The notes: generated by a model from the letters alone, not told the origin. Shown: positions 1 through 13,543, counted from the first letter of the whole stretch. The stretch is DNA of 63,579 nt, filler included, from Octopus bimaculoides (GCF_001194135.2; 5 parts of 5 records of this genome joined end to end with filler, not necessarily neighbours in it), one strand, 5' to 3'. Program-made: numbers and translations.

Positions 1-131
<131 letters not shown>

Positions 132-245
132 CTATCTATATGTTTGCATACCCTATTGATCGGCCTTTCCTTTTCCTTTTTTTCGATCCCTTTTGATCGA
201 ACTGCCCCTTTTTCCCTTCCTACGATCCCTTTTGATCGACACCAC

Positions 246-280
<35 letters not shown>

Positions 281-474
281 TTCCTTCCCCCTCCCAAAAA
301 GAAAAGCTCTACATTGTATTTGTCCCATCTTCGTTGAGCCCTGTGTGGCTAATAAAAGAAATGTATATGTTTGCATACGTACATATATGCATACATTCTT
401 ACGTATATACACGCATCTATATATTCTTTTATTCTTTTACACGCTTCAATCATTTGACTGCTGCTGCCATGCTG

Positions 475-475
<1 letters not shown>

Positions 476-537
<62 letters not shown>

Positions 538-601
538 CATAGATACATGCATACATACGTACATACATACGTACATACATATATGCGTACATACGCACAT
601 A
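476..601. repeat. (TACA)n microsatellite ending at an N gap
   Basis: Visible TACA/TACG repeats. The overlapping ORFs are HTYI/MYVC artefacts. Confidence 0.95.
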
Positions 602-669
602 NNNNNNNNNNNNNNNNNNNNNNNNNNGTATGTGTGTGCGTTTTTTAGTATGAGTGTTCATATATATAT

Positions 670-1111
670 AATTTCGGTAAACGCTGAAAATAGCAAATAA
701 GGGAGGAAGAAAAGGAAACAGGAGGAATGAACAATTAGTTGGCAAAAAGACAAAGAAAGCAAAACGACTGTGTAGGAGACCAATAAAGGAAGAAGAAGAA
801 TACAAATGTAAAGAGGTATTTTGTTTTCCTTCAAAATACTAGCATCCATTAGATAGTGACATCAAGCTGAAGAGCTGTACCCGGATGTGACTGAGCGTAC
901 TTCCGGCAAGGCGTTACCGACGTTCAACAATAACAATGGTGTTAGTTGAAATAGAGAAAAGCCAAGAGAGTGATTCGAATAAAGACGTGAAATCGGAGTC
1001 AGAAATGAATGATATGAGATTAAAAGAAAAGCAACGATTGAGAGTTTGTGAGACGTTTAAAGATGAGCGCGGTGATGGCGGAGAGGGAAATGTTATGGAG
1101 GTATGATGTCA

Positions 1112-1145
<34 letters not shown>

Positions 1146-1430
1146 TGGTGGTGATAGTATTAGGAGTGTCGTGAAAGGAGGTGTGGAGAGGGAGACAGCG
1201 TTTTAAAGTAGTCAAAACCTTGCGATGATTGAAAATGAAAGCGTATCTGAAAGAAAGCAGCTACCGAGATATAAAGAGACAAGTAGAATTGTTAAATGTT
1301 GGTTGAGAGATTCGAAGTAGGCGACGGATGTAAAAAATAAAAAGAATCCGGGGGCTGATGTGGGGAAGAGACAACAAGAAGAAACAAAGAAAAAAAATAG
1401 ACTATCGTACAATATAATATAATACGTTTA
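670..1430 (-). mobile_element. Degenerate purine-rich repeat remnant, possibly the 5' region of a Penelope-like element
   Basis: Strand asymmetry resembles the PLE arms at 52-57 kb. The minus-strand peptide (..SAPGFFLFFTSVAYFESLNQHLTILLVSLYLGSCF..) is only loosely reminiscent of PLE N-termini, with no diagnostic motif. Confidence 0.25.
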
Positions 1431-1869
1431 GTTAGAATTTGATGAAGTAAATTTAGAAAACAAATAAACCAAAAATGAATGCATAAAAGAGAAAAAAAGA
1501 AGACTTAAATATGAGTGTGTTATTGTTCGTATTCTTGGTATTTTCATACTTGGTTCCGTTGTATTTTTACGTTTTCTATGAATCTTAAGCTTTCTGTGAT
1601 TCTTCTTGAGTTCAATTTTTCCAAAGATGTTTTATATCGATATCTCATCGTTCATGCATTTTCTGTAAGTCAGTCCTTAGCTTTTATTGTTGTTTTCATG
1701 AGAGAGATCAATGAAAACTGTACATATATTATACCATTTCAGTTCAAAGAAAAAGGACAATGTATGTGCGTGCGCGTGTATGTGTACGTATGTATATGTA
1801 CAGGCGCACACGCACACACAGAGACGTATATATATATATATATATAAATGCCTGTATATACTCATTCTT

Positions 1870-3350
1870 TCATTCATTTTATTCTTTTAATGGTTTCAGT
1901 CATAGGATTGTGACCATGCTGGAGCACTGCCTTTATTTTCATCCAGTTTTGTTGTCGCTTTATGGTTGGAAATTGGTCCATGATTGAGTTTGTAGCGCCT
2001 GATCTTCCCTGAGTGTACCCTTGAATGCTGGCTGGCCCTGCATCGTCGTTAGGAATTTATCCGATGTTTTTTTCTTGAAAGTCTCAGTAGCAGTTCCTGG
2101 TTTCTTTAGGTGGGCAGTTGAACAGTTGAGGGCCTTAAAATATCAGACTGGAGCAATATAATGCTTTTGCTAGTAATTTCGAAGGTGGTATATTTGGAAA
2201 CTGACAATACCTACCAGTTCGTGCATTAGAATTCTCTCTAATGCCGAAGTTTGGAACATGTCCTTCCAGGATTTTTCATACGTATATGATAATATATATA
2301 TCACTTTTCGGCGTTCAAGAGAGCAGAGACGCGGTGCTTTGAGACGTTCCCATTAAATAAGGCTTTTAACCGAAGTTATTTTACTAGTGAACGTTGTTTG
2401 TAACCCTTCAATTTCTTCTATTTGATTGGATGAGTTTCGAGACCAAAGCTGTGAACAGTAATCTAATCTGCCCACAAATAGAGTTTTTCATAGAGTTAGC
2501 ATAACTACCGGTTCTCTTGTCACGAAAGTTCATAGGATCCATCCTTTGAGATGACTGGATTTACAGACCAGTTTGGTGATGAGGCTGATGAAAGATACAT
2601 CATTTGACATGATTACTCCTCAGTCACTTATGTCCTTAATGCTCTGAATGATTGTATTACCTGGTGGAAAATATTGTGATCTGTGTGTAATCCCCCCTAT
2701 AATGAAGAAACTGAAATTTTGATGGACTAAATTTCATAGTCTTCAACTGAGATTCAGTTCATTTTGTAGTGTGACAGTATCTTCTGGAATTTGAATACTC
2801 ATCAATATTTTTGTCATTGGTATAATCCATTAGGTTGGTTTGGTGCACTTGTGACCCTATACCTGATAGAGTGATGATAAATATTAATGGTCCTAAAACC
2901 GTGTCCTGATTGATACCAAGATCCCTTAACTTATGATAAATGATTCCCTGTTTAATCTTGTCAAACACCTTAACAAAATCAAGGTATAAGCAATCAATGT
3001 TCTTTCCTCTGAAGAAAATATTAAGGGTAGTATTATGGTGTTGTAATAGTTGTGACAGGCAACTTCATCCAGTCCGAAAACCATGCTGTGTGTCGTCTAA
3101 GAGGTTGTTTTCCTTAAGATATTTAAGTATTCTTTTTCGGACAATGCGTTCGATAATTTTAGATGTGTGAAAGTGAGAGAAATAGGTCCATAATTTTTTG
3201 CAAGGAATCATCGTATACTTTCAACATTGTTATTGAGTTGAGTTTGTGGGTTAATGACAGCAATAGTGTGTGGTTTTGCACTAGGGTAACAGCAGTGGTT
3301 GGTGTTACGGAGAGCTAAAAGGTTTTTATCGATTTCTTTTGCCAAGAAAA
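1870..3350 (-). mobile_element. CR1/L2-group LINE, 5'-truncated and dead: RT and C-terminus through 3' UTR
   Basis: Minus-strand translation across frameshifts gives NYGPISLT-SHISKIIERIVRKRILKYLKENNLLDDTQHGFRTG*SCLSQLL, VFDKIKQGIIYHKLRDLGI, QDTVLGPLIFII, YTND (YADD site), and terminal FKKK-DKFLTTMQGQPAFKGYTQGRSGATNSIMDQ. About 35 codons are missing between LGI and Q(G/D)TVLGP. Confidence 0.85.
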
Positions 3351-4398
3351 AACGTTTCTTATGCACACTGCTTAATGATATATTTTCTTTATATATCTAA
3401 AATAATTAGCTGTATCATTCTCACAATGCAAATATGATTTTAAAAAGGCAATAAAGTTTAAGCTTCTAAATAAATATTTGAGTAAATATACTGTCGACGA
3501 TTTCACCAGAGAAGATGGATCACTTCCAGAACCATTTAAATCTCCGATGTTGGTGGAATGAAGTTATCATCTGACCGGAGTTCCGTCCGAATGCCTACAG
3601 CATAGTGGATTCCTCTAAAGTAATGCAAGAGCAAGAGGCTATAAGAGATTATATTTACACACTGTACCAGTTAGTGAGATTGAACTCTGAAGAACAAGGT
3701 TACGAAACGATATTCTTAGGCATGCAGCTATGATTGCGCTTATATATTTTTCAAAAGATAAAGAATTATTGATAAACATTCGACAAATATACTTGTCTAA
3801 ATATATATGAGAGCATGTGTTGATGTGGAAGTGCGTATGTGTATATGAAGTCATTGAAGCGTCCAGTGAAGTGTACGATACACGACCAAGGAGTTTGAAC
3901 ACTATATGTTTCATTACACTCCAAAATAGATGTCTGGGGAAAATCCGCGGTATTACAAAGATAATTCAATGTTAAAGGTGTGTAGGTATAGGAGTCGTAG
4001 AGTACAGATAAGTAGTAAATGTCAGGACAATAAAGTGAGGAATAAATTACTTATAATATATAAAGACGTTTTAATTAATGATTACATAAAATCTAATATT
4101 TTTTAATTTTTAACACGGAAGATACCTCTTCAAGAACATTATAAGAAATAAAGAATGTTAGATACTTAGGGTTGTCAAGAAGATACAAAGAGAGATGTGA
4201 TAGATAATAGGGAGACATCAAGTTTGGTGTTAGTTCATGGATAATATAAATAGTTGTTATAAAATAAAGTGCTTAGATTAAACGGATAGTCCGATTTGTC
4301 TATCAAAGTCTAGATAGTAGAAACATGACATCTCCAAAGGTCATAAAACCATCTTAGATAAAAATGCAGTATAATCTCGGTAATACGCACACACACAA

Positions 4399-4445
<47 letters not shown>

Positions 4446-7400
4446 GTTAAATTAACATACATTTAACCTCTCTCTCACTACAGAAAACCTCATGGAAGCA
4501 ACTTAGTTCATTTCACTTGGTTTTGCTGAATACTCAAGAGAGACCACTTCGTTCTACAAATATGGAGAAAGTAACTTACAATTACTTATAAATAGTGAAT
4601 GTGCGTACGTATGACATGTAAATGAATTACGTCATCACTTGTTATTCCTAGTATTTTTCATATGAGTTTGTAATCAGCCTCCTCTCTGTATGGAACGAAC
4701 AGAATAGACACGTGATTTTCTGGTAAAAAAAAAGAAAGGCTTCGTGAAACCAGCTGGTCTCTGGTTCGTTTTCCCGAGAGAGCACTGTAATTTCACCATG
4801 GATTCAATACACACATGTACACATATATGTTCATGTGTATGTGTACGCTTCTGTACGTGTGACCATAAACGCGTGGATGTATGTGTGTATAGCTACAATA
4901 GCATATGAAATATGATAGCATATTAATTCAAAATGGTTCTTGACTTGCTTATTGAAAGAATTAAAGTAACACCTGAAAAGTGTTATTATTATTATTAAGA
5001 TAAGACTTACTTGGAAACGGATGCGTGGCGTTCGATCATATAATAACATAAATAATATATATANNNNNNNNNNNNNNNNNNNNNNNNNNNNNNNNNNNNN
5101 NNNNNNNNNNNNNNNNNNNNNNNNNNNNNNNNNNNNNNNNNNNNNNNNNNNNNNNNNNNNNNNNNNNNNNNNNNNNNNNNNNNNNNNNNNNNNNNNNNNN
5201 NNNNNNNNNNNNNNNNNNNNNNNNNNNNNNNNNNNNNNNNNNNNNNNNNNNNNNNNNNNNNNNNNNNNNNNNNNNNNNNNNNNNNNNNNNNNNNNNNNNN
5301 NNNNNNNNNNNNNNNNNNNNNNNNNNNNNNNNNNNNNNNNNNNNNNNNNNNNNNNNNNNNNNNNNNNNNNNNNNNNNNNNNNNNNNNNNNNNNNNNNNNN
5401 NNNNNNNNNNNNNNNNNNNNNNNNNNNNNNNNNNNNNNNNNNNNNNNNNNNNNNNNNNNNNNNNNNNNNNNNNNNNNNNNNNNNNNNNNNNNNNNNNNNN
5501 NNNNNNNNNNNNNNNNNNNNNNNNNNNNNNNNNNNNNNNNNNNNNNNNNNNNNNNNNNNNNNNNNNNNNNNNNNNNNNNNNNNNNNNNNNNNNNNNNNNN
5601 NNNNNNNNNNNNNNNNNNNNNNNNNNNNNNNNNNNNNNNNNNNNNNATATACATATATACTTTTATATTTATTCATACATACACACACACACATATAAAT
5701 AAATAAAGGTGTATATATGGTGATGTTTCCTTTGCACAATTTTGTTTAATATCAATCAAGCTATTAAGGGCCAAACATTTTTGTAACTCTTTGCTATACG
5801 CAATATCTTCTGCTTACTTAAACGTCTTCGAGTTGACTATGCTTCGCTAACGAAGTACTACAAGGCCAGACCATTTTTGCTGTTATTTAAAAAAAACAAC
5901 AACAGCAAATTCTCAATAAGGCGTGATAATTAATTCATTAGAATTAATTCTTAATTGAAAAAAAAAATTTATTTTGTGAATTTTGTGATTGCCGTTTGGT
6001 AAATCTCAATTCATTCGGCGTCTGGTTTATCTTTTTGCTCATACATCATTGACAATATCGAAACGTTTGTGATTTATCCTAGCCATGCTGGTTAATTCCT
6101 TCATCGAATCTTTCTTGAAACATTGCCACAAATGAAATTTACCAAATCCCCCTCACCGCTGCATGTTCTCATTAAAATTTGAACCAATTTTAGTTTTGGG
6201 GGTTGTTTCCCTTGCAGTCAATGAGAATTATCATTAACTCTAGTGATTTCTATTTCTATCGTTAGTGAATTTTTAATTGATTAATTTAACAAAAAAGTTT
6301 TTGATTCACTACAGTATTTTAGACCACAGTTAAGTATATATGGATGTACGGATATGTGTTCGTATTATTTATATGTATGAATTTATACATTTTGTGTAAC
6401 CGTCTTTACGTTAGACACTACTTAAAACACGGTTTATTTTATGCTTCATAATCTAGAAATGATAAATATGCATTGCTAAAATTAGTATCAGGCGTAGAAA
6501 TAAGTAATGAGATTAATATTAACAACCAAAATCTTTTAAAACGGAACCCAAACATCGCCGTAATTTAATGAATGACACAAATAACTGATTAAATGGACTA
6601 TATATATATATATATATNNNNNNNNNNNNNNNNNNNNNNNNNNNNNNNNNNNNNNNNNNNNNNNNNNNNNNNNNNNNNNNNNNNNNNNNNNNNNNNNNNN
6701 NNNNNNNNNNNNNNNNNNNNNNNNNNNNNNNNNNNNNNNNNNNNNNNNNNNNNNNNNNNNNNNNNNNNNNNNNNNNNNNNNNNNNNNNNNNNNNNNNNNN
6801 NNNNNNNNNNNNNNNNNNNNNNNNNNNNNNNNNNNNNNNNNNNNNNNNNNNNNNNNNNNNNNNNNNNNNNNNNNNNNNNNNNNNNNNNNNNNNNNNNNNN
6901 NNNNNNNNNNNNNNNNNNNNNNNNNNNNNNNNNNNNNNNNNNNNNNNNNNNNNNNNNNNNNNNNNNNNNNNNNNNNNNNNNNNNNNNNNNNNNNNNNNNN
7001 NNNNNNNNNNNNNNNNNNNNNNNNNNNNNNNNNNNNNNNNNNNNNNNNNNNNNNNNNNNNNNNNNNNNNNNNNNNNNNNNNNNNNNNNNNNNNNNNNNNN
7101 NNNNNNNNNNNNNNNNNNNNNNNNNNNNNNNNNNNNNNNNNNNNNNNNNNNNNNNNNNNNNNNNNNNNNNNNNNNNNNNNNNNNTTCATCGAATTTTCCT
7201 CTCTCTAAATTTGCAATATTTTGTTTACTTTAGCTGCGTGTAAGTTTAATAAGTTTATGCACCTGGATATATATATATATATATATATATATGTATTTGT
7301 TTTTAGAATATTGAGAGTTAGGTTTAATAAAAAAATATTAAATCTTAAAATATTCACAATGCCTCTTGAAGATTGTAAAAAAAAAATTCAAATAATTATA

Positions 7401-8599
7401 AGAATAAATAATGCATCACAATAGATGTATAGAAAATGAAAAACAAAATTCCCATGACGCATAAAAATGAAATGCTCACTGAACACTCTAGTTAGAAGGA
7501 ATGATTCAACTAGATTGCAGGAATGAGATATTGTGACAAGAAATGAGGCACTGGCAACTTCATAAAGCGTGGTGAAGAAAATGGCGAGAGATGAGTGAGA
7601 ACTAGAAAATCAAGATGAAAGAAACCTGAAATGTGATATCAACCCTTATTCTTGTTTCTTTCAAACAGCCTTCGAATTGTTTTGTGCTTTGGAGGCAGAT
7701 AATGACTATATTAGTTTCTTGTTGGGCCAACCACAAAACACAGTTCACAGAGCTCCCCCTACAGGGTATTTCAAAAGGAGATAAAAATACTTCTTTTAAA
7801 TGTTCCTCAATAAAAAGAAAATAAACAATAAATCCAGTGAATGAGCCAACGATAAAAAAAAATAGAAAAGAGAACTTTGAAAAAGTATATGAATAAATCA
7901 GATAAAAATTTTTTAAAAAATATCTGCAAATAAAATCAAACAGGGGAGGGCTGGGAAAATGAAGAAAAAAAATAGGCTAACATGCTGTTCAAGTTACGTT
8001 TAAAATGGCTGCCTGCCGTTAGCTATACAATAACGCTAATACAAAGGCTGCTTGCTTTTCTATTGCTTGTCTGCCCTCTTAATGAGGGTTTTGCATCAAT
8101 TGAGTCAGTCTTCGTGTCAGCCATGTCACTACGTTAAACTATTATAGCGCTGTGATAAAATACTCTTCATAAACCTCGTGTTTTCAAAATTGACTGCTGG
8201 ATTGTGAATGCGGTCTCAAAGATCAATTGTTGTTTAGAATGTTATACATGACTTTTAAAGTGTGTCGAATGTTTGTTTGCACCGCTGCACCTCAAACAAT
8301 TCCATGGAAATATATAATCGGTAAACAAAGGATACACAAATTATTTTATATAATATAGATATTTTTGTTGATACTATGTAAACTACAGAGTTAGTTAATA
8401 AGCACAGGCGAAGGAGGAGCACAGTAAAGATATTTCGGCTGCTGTAGAAAACAACTCTGCGTCAGAGTAAGAGGGGGAAAGGAAGTAAGACATAAAATTT
8501 AATTTTGTTACAGCGACAGAGGATTGACTTTGAAGAAAAAAAATCATTATAAATTGTCGTGAGCTATAATATCTATCGAAAAATTATGTTTTATGGGGA

Positions 8600-9110
8600 A
8601 ACAGTTATGAAGTGATGAACTCATTGCTATGTAGAACAGTTCGAATCCTATGGGTCATATGTTAGAAGCAAATTGACAGAAGAGAGATTATTACAAACTG
8701 AATAGGATTAAGTTAAGGGGAGGGTGTTTCTCAGACTGAATATGCTATAACTTGAAGAGGAATCGGTTTCGTTTACTAGGTAACTGAGTTCAGCAACGCA
8801 TTAAAATTACTAAAGTAAATTAAAAACAAGAATAAAAATTTCGAATGTGGAACACCTTTGTATTTAATCAAGATAATGATTATCTGGAACTTAACATTCT
8901 TGAAATTTGAGAAAATTTCATGCGAGATAAAGTCATTTTACTAATTGAAAATGTTTGAAGACGCTGGAATGTAGCAAATTGAACATTTGAAATGGATGGC
9001 GAGTATTAGAGAAGATGGAGTAAAGATACAATATGATATACATCAAAATATTACCAGAGATATCCATCAATAGAATGTGTGATTTAGCGTTTAGAGACTA
9101 ACCCAGACAA
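8600..9110 (+). mobile_element. Highly degenerate RTE-type LINE 3' fragment
   Basis: Scattered motifs EQFESYGSYV (cf. VEQFxYLGS), REIITxIGLS and KTRIKI..W, with many stops and frameshifts. Confidence 0.4.
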
Positions 9111-10109
9111 ACTGGCGTAAGCATTGTAACGTAATTTAGAAATTTATGCAAAAGCAAATTGACTGGTGAATATCACAAAATATTCTAGACATTGATCGTT
9201 TCTCTTCAATACGTCCAAGTGGAATTAAATAGCAATTTATGAAGATGAAGGTCAGCTATTTGAACCAGTAGTTCATAAAAAGAAAAACAGAAAGAAAAAA
9301 TAACAATAATATGAAAATGAGTTGCAGCTTGACATTTCTCATCGAATCCTTTATTGAAGACACACATAAACACGCACAAACACATATATATGCATGCACA
9401 CGTAACCGCGAAGTCTTATATATATATATACATATATATATNNNNNNNNNNNNNNNNNNNNNNNNNNNNNNNNNNNNNNNNNNNNNNNNNNNNNNNNNNN
9501 NNNNNNNNNNNNNNNNNNNNNNNNNNNNNNNNNNNNNNNNNNNNNNNNNNNNNNNNNNNNNNNNNNNNNNNNNNNNNNNNNNNNNNNNNNNNNNNNNNNN
9601 NNNNNNNNNNNNNNNNNNNNNNNNNNNNNNNNNNNNNNNNNNNNNNNNNNNNNNNNNNNNNNNNNNNNNNNNNNNNNNNNNNNNNNNNNNNNNNNNNNNN
9701 NNTATATATATATATATATATATATGTTATACGTGTATAATGTGTGCTTACTCTGTCACAATGCCTGGCAGTATACTAATAAAAAAATATTTCTATACTG
9801 GACTAGTGTGAATCACACCATGTGGTCGCTCTTCTTGCTAGAAATAGAAGCAAAATATTATCAAATCGGATAAAAAGTAAGATCACTTTATATAATATAG
9901 TTGTAAATAGAGAGACAGAGACAGACAGACAGACAGACAGAGACAGAGAGAAAAAATGTGATGTACTATATATCACCACGATCTAAGTATGATGGTATCC
10001 ACTAGATTACGTCCTTGTTAGTTCCAGTGGCAACAAAAACTTAAAGCACACTCTTTCCTACCAATTTGTGCGAAAATCTGTAAGAACAATCAAAATGTAG
10101 TATCTCGAA

Positions 10110-11297
10110 AGGTTTTTCTTTTCCAACAGGCGAAGGAAATCAAAGGAGAATACGCTGTAAAGACACGCAGTATCAAATCACAAGAGAGAATAATCCTAAC
10201 AGCTGCCCCACAGGTAAAGCAAAGATAGAGTACACCAAGACATTTTATGAAAGTGATCTAAAGGTCGCTGTGGATGAAACAATTTTAAGATTCTTTTGCT
10301 ATATTGACTACAGAAAGGCCTTTGTCTTTGCAAACTATAGCCACATGTGGTGCATCATGTCTAATTTCGGCATTCCGAAATACCTCATTAGGTTTATCAA
10401 GCAGCTTTACATTCAGCTAGACTCCTGCATTCGATTATGTAATGAGAACACAAAAATTCGAAAATGGGAAAAGAGTTCGTCAGGGAGGTATACTTTCTCC
10501 ATACTTGTTCAACACCTGCACAGAGTGGATAATACAAGAAGCAATACAGGAATACATGGTTTGCATATTTCTAATCTAAACTCTACTGCTCTACTTGCCA
10601 AGACTGAAGCCAGACTACAAGAAATAATAAGCAGAGTCAAGAAGGTATCAAATACGCCTGGTCTTTATCTGAACCATAAAAGTCATGGAAGTAGGAACAG
10701 AGGAAGTAAATGTTAACACCGAACTGGGCAGTGAGAAGCTCGAACAGGTTGAATTGTAAAAGTATCTTGCAGTCCAAATCTCTGAGCCAAGTATAGATAA
10801 AAAAATTAGGATACAGCTAGCCACAGAAAAAACGTTCACGGAAAAGTTTAATAACATCTATATCAGCAAAAATGTCCCAAGTTAAAAACCAAAGCTAATG
10901 CGTGCGCACATGTAACCAGTAGGCGTTTATGTTACGAAGCGTAGACTCTGAACAAATTTAAAGAGAACATAATCAATGCATTTGAAATGTGGATGTATAT
11001 GAGAACGTTACGAATTTCTTACAAGGATCATCGAACAAAGTAGGTTAAAGACATTGCGAAAAACAAAAGCTCATCTTTTATGGTCATATTGGGAGTAGAG
11101 GTTTGGAAAACATTATCATGGAAGGAAGAGTAGAGGGAAGTAGATCGAGCAGCAGACAAGGAACGCAATGGATAGACAGTATCAAGAGCTGGTTGAACAA
11201 GAGTGGCAAGACAGCTGGAAAACGCGTGCTTAATCGGGAAGACTTTCGTTGTAGTGACATCAATGTCACTACACCATACACGACGACGACAACGACT
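10110..11297 (+). mobile_element. RTE (BovB-like) LINE, 5'-truncated and dead, with (ACG/ACA)n tail
   Basis: FCYIDYRKAFVFANYSHMWCIMSNFGIPKYLIRFIKQLY; GLHISNL(RYADD deleted)NSTALLAKTEARLQEIISRVKKVS; NAFEMWMY; LENIIMEGRVEGSRSSSRQGTQWIDSIKSW; ends ACACGACGACGACAACGAC. Confidence 0.9.
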
Positions 11298-12186
11298 TCC
11301 TGGTAAGTTCGCTGCTGATAAGTAGAGATCTATCAGCTGAATCTTGATATCAAATAACTGACACCTCTCATCTGCAGAGATTCGTTTGTTTTTTTTTTCG
11401 ACAGAAAAATAAATAGTATTCTTTTTTAAGTTATGGCCACCACATCCTAAGCTTAATTCGACACCTAGTTAAACGCCCCCACCTGTTCTGTGGGTACCTT
11501 TAGCGAAACCCACTCTGTTGCAATTTTCCAGGCAAGCTGTCTGCAACTAGTTACAGAGAACCCTCCAACCAAAACAAGGAGCCACGAGCACTACCCTTCT
11601 TGTTGCCTGGAGGACTAAGTTTAGGGAAAACTAAAGCGGATGCAGATGAATGACAAGTCTTCATATAACCCTTATTCACTACCGTCGGATTTCTGTAAGC
11701 AATAATAGTTCTTCAGAATTACGAGTCTCTCACACACACACATTTTTATCTTTTTATAATCTTTCCTTTCACTTTTCTCTAGACATGATTATCTACACAT
11801 GTAAGGCGTTGTCGTGGCAGAGTCATTGCAGCACCGAACAAAGCGCTTAGCAGTCCCTTGGCATAATGATAATGTCTCAATATTATTACGATTAGAGAGA
11901 GACTGCTATAACGTGACATGACATTCTAGAAATAGTAGATAAGCTCTTTCACCTAACATCCTACCATCTTAAAAAGAAAGGCACTGTAGATAAAGGTGTC
12001 TTACATATACTTGTTACATCTGAGAAATAATGTCCCGAACTTTACGACAGGAAATTCTCCGAACATAGATGTGTCTGACTTGATCAGAACTCATCTAGGA
12101 CAAAACAACACCAATATAACATATATGTGTTTCGTGCAACTTTCTCACATTAGTCCATAGTGTTGTGTGTATGTGTGTGTGTGTGA

Positions 12187-12227
<41 letters not shown>

Positions 12228-12286
12228 NNNNNNNNNNNNNNNNNNNNNNNNNNNNNNNNNNNNNNNNNNNNNNNNNNNNNNNNNNN

Positions 12287-12330
<44 letters not shown>

Positions 12331-12650
12331 TGTTGATTTACATACAGTGATTTCTCTTGTCGAAAATTACTAACTCTACAACGTACAAAAAGACAACGGT
12401 AATTATAAACTTAATACTGAAGTAGAGCAATAGTAAAGCTGATAAAGAATAACGAATTCTCATAGTCCGGAATTAAATTGAAAAGAAAAGAATACCGTTT
12501 GAATATGTAATAATGAGCTAGGGAATAGTATGAAGAAGCTTGTATAAGGAGTAAGAAATTGATACAGAAGTTTGTCGCAAACCTACTCTCTTTCTCCACC
12601 TTCGATCTGCTCTCTCTCTCTCTCTTCTCGCCCCACCTCTCTCTTCTCGT

Positions 12651-12711
<61 letters not shown>

Positions 12712-12771
12712 CTTTTTATCTTTTTATAATCTTTCCTTTCACTTTTCTCTAGACATGATTATCTACACATG

Positions 12772-12980
12772 TAAGGCGTCGTCGTGGCAGAGTCATTGCA
12801 GCACCGAACAAAGCGGTTAGCAGCATTTATTCCGGCTTTAAGTTCTGAGTCCAAATTCCACCGCGGTCGACTTTACCTTTCATCCTAACGGGGTCAATAA
12901 AATAAGTACCAGTTGAACACTGGGATCGAAGTAATCGACCCCACGAAATAGCTAGTTTTGTACCGAAATTTAGAACCGTT
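12772..12980 (+). mobile_element. SINE family A (tRNA-like head, GGGGTCGATAAAATAAGTACCAG-type core), first copy of tandem pair
   Basis: Head TAAGGCG..GGCAGAGTC, B-box-like GAGTCCAAATTCC and central CTTTCATCCT..GGGGTCAATAAAATAAGTACCAG, shared with more than 10 copies in the window. Confidence 0.88.
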
Positions 12981-13003
12981 ATCATCTAAACATGCAAGTG
13001 GGC

Positions 13004-13214
13004 GAAGTGGTGAACTGGCAGAGTCTTTGCAGTGCTGGACAAAGCGCTTAGCAGCATTTCTTCCGGCTACAAGCTCTGAGTTCAAATTCAGTCGCGGTCG
13101 TCTTTGCCTTTCATCCTAACAGGGCCAGTAAAACATGTACCAGTCAAGTACTGGGTTGATTTAGTCTACTAGTTTTATCACCAAAATTTCGGCCTGGTAC
13201 CAGAAGTATAAAAA
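13004..13214 (+). mobile_element. SINE family A, second copy of tandem pair
   Basis: GGTGAACTGGCAGAG..GAGTTCAAATTC..GCCTTTCATCCT..GTACCAG. Confidence 0.85.
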
Positions 13215-13386
13215 ATTGTCTACACGTGCAATATTTTTTTTCAGTTTAATTCAATCCTTGTTGTGAATGTTCAAAAGGATACACTATTATGTAAAGAATT
13301 AATTCTATTTCATCATTTTAGTACACATGCAAATATGCACACACATACACACATATATATGTATGTAAACACATACATGCATGCAA

Positions 13387-13543
13387 GCGTGGCTGTGTGG
13401 TAAGAAGCTTGTGTCCCAAACCACATGGTTTCGGGTTCAGTCCCTCTGCGTGTCACCTTGGTCAAATGTATTCTACTATAGCCTCGGCGCAACCAAAGCC
13501 TTGTGGATGGATTTAGTAGACGGAAACTGAAAGAAGCCCGTTG
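13387..13543 (+). mobile_element. SINE family B 5' half (tRNA-like head plus CORE-like segment), running into (TA)n and a gap
   Basis: GCGTGGCTGTGTGGTAAGAAGCTT (A box), GGTTTCGGGTTCAGTCCC (B box), CACCTTGGTCAAATGT resembling CORE GACCTTGGGCAAGT, ending GAAACTGAAAGAAGCCCG. Confidence 0.88.

Noticed and set aside
184-239. Two 17-bp direct repeats CGATCCCTTTTGATCGA, each a small hairpin, before a poly-T run
   Set aside because: Only two units in low-complexity pyrimidine DNA, with no spacer array or associated genes. Not CRISPR-like or a supportable terminator in a eukaryote.
860-915. CTGAAGA followed by a GCT/AGC stem, resembling a hammerhead
   Set aside because: GAAA is absent (GTAC) and no stem I or NUH site can be formed.
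3567-3608. Possible decayed hammerhead (CTGAC-CGGA..TCC-GAA-TGC..GCA-TA)
   Set aside because: It needs two deletions in the core, and stem I is mostly wobble pairs. Too degenerate to call.
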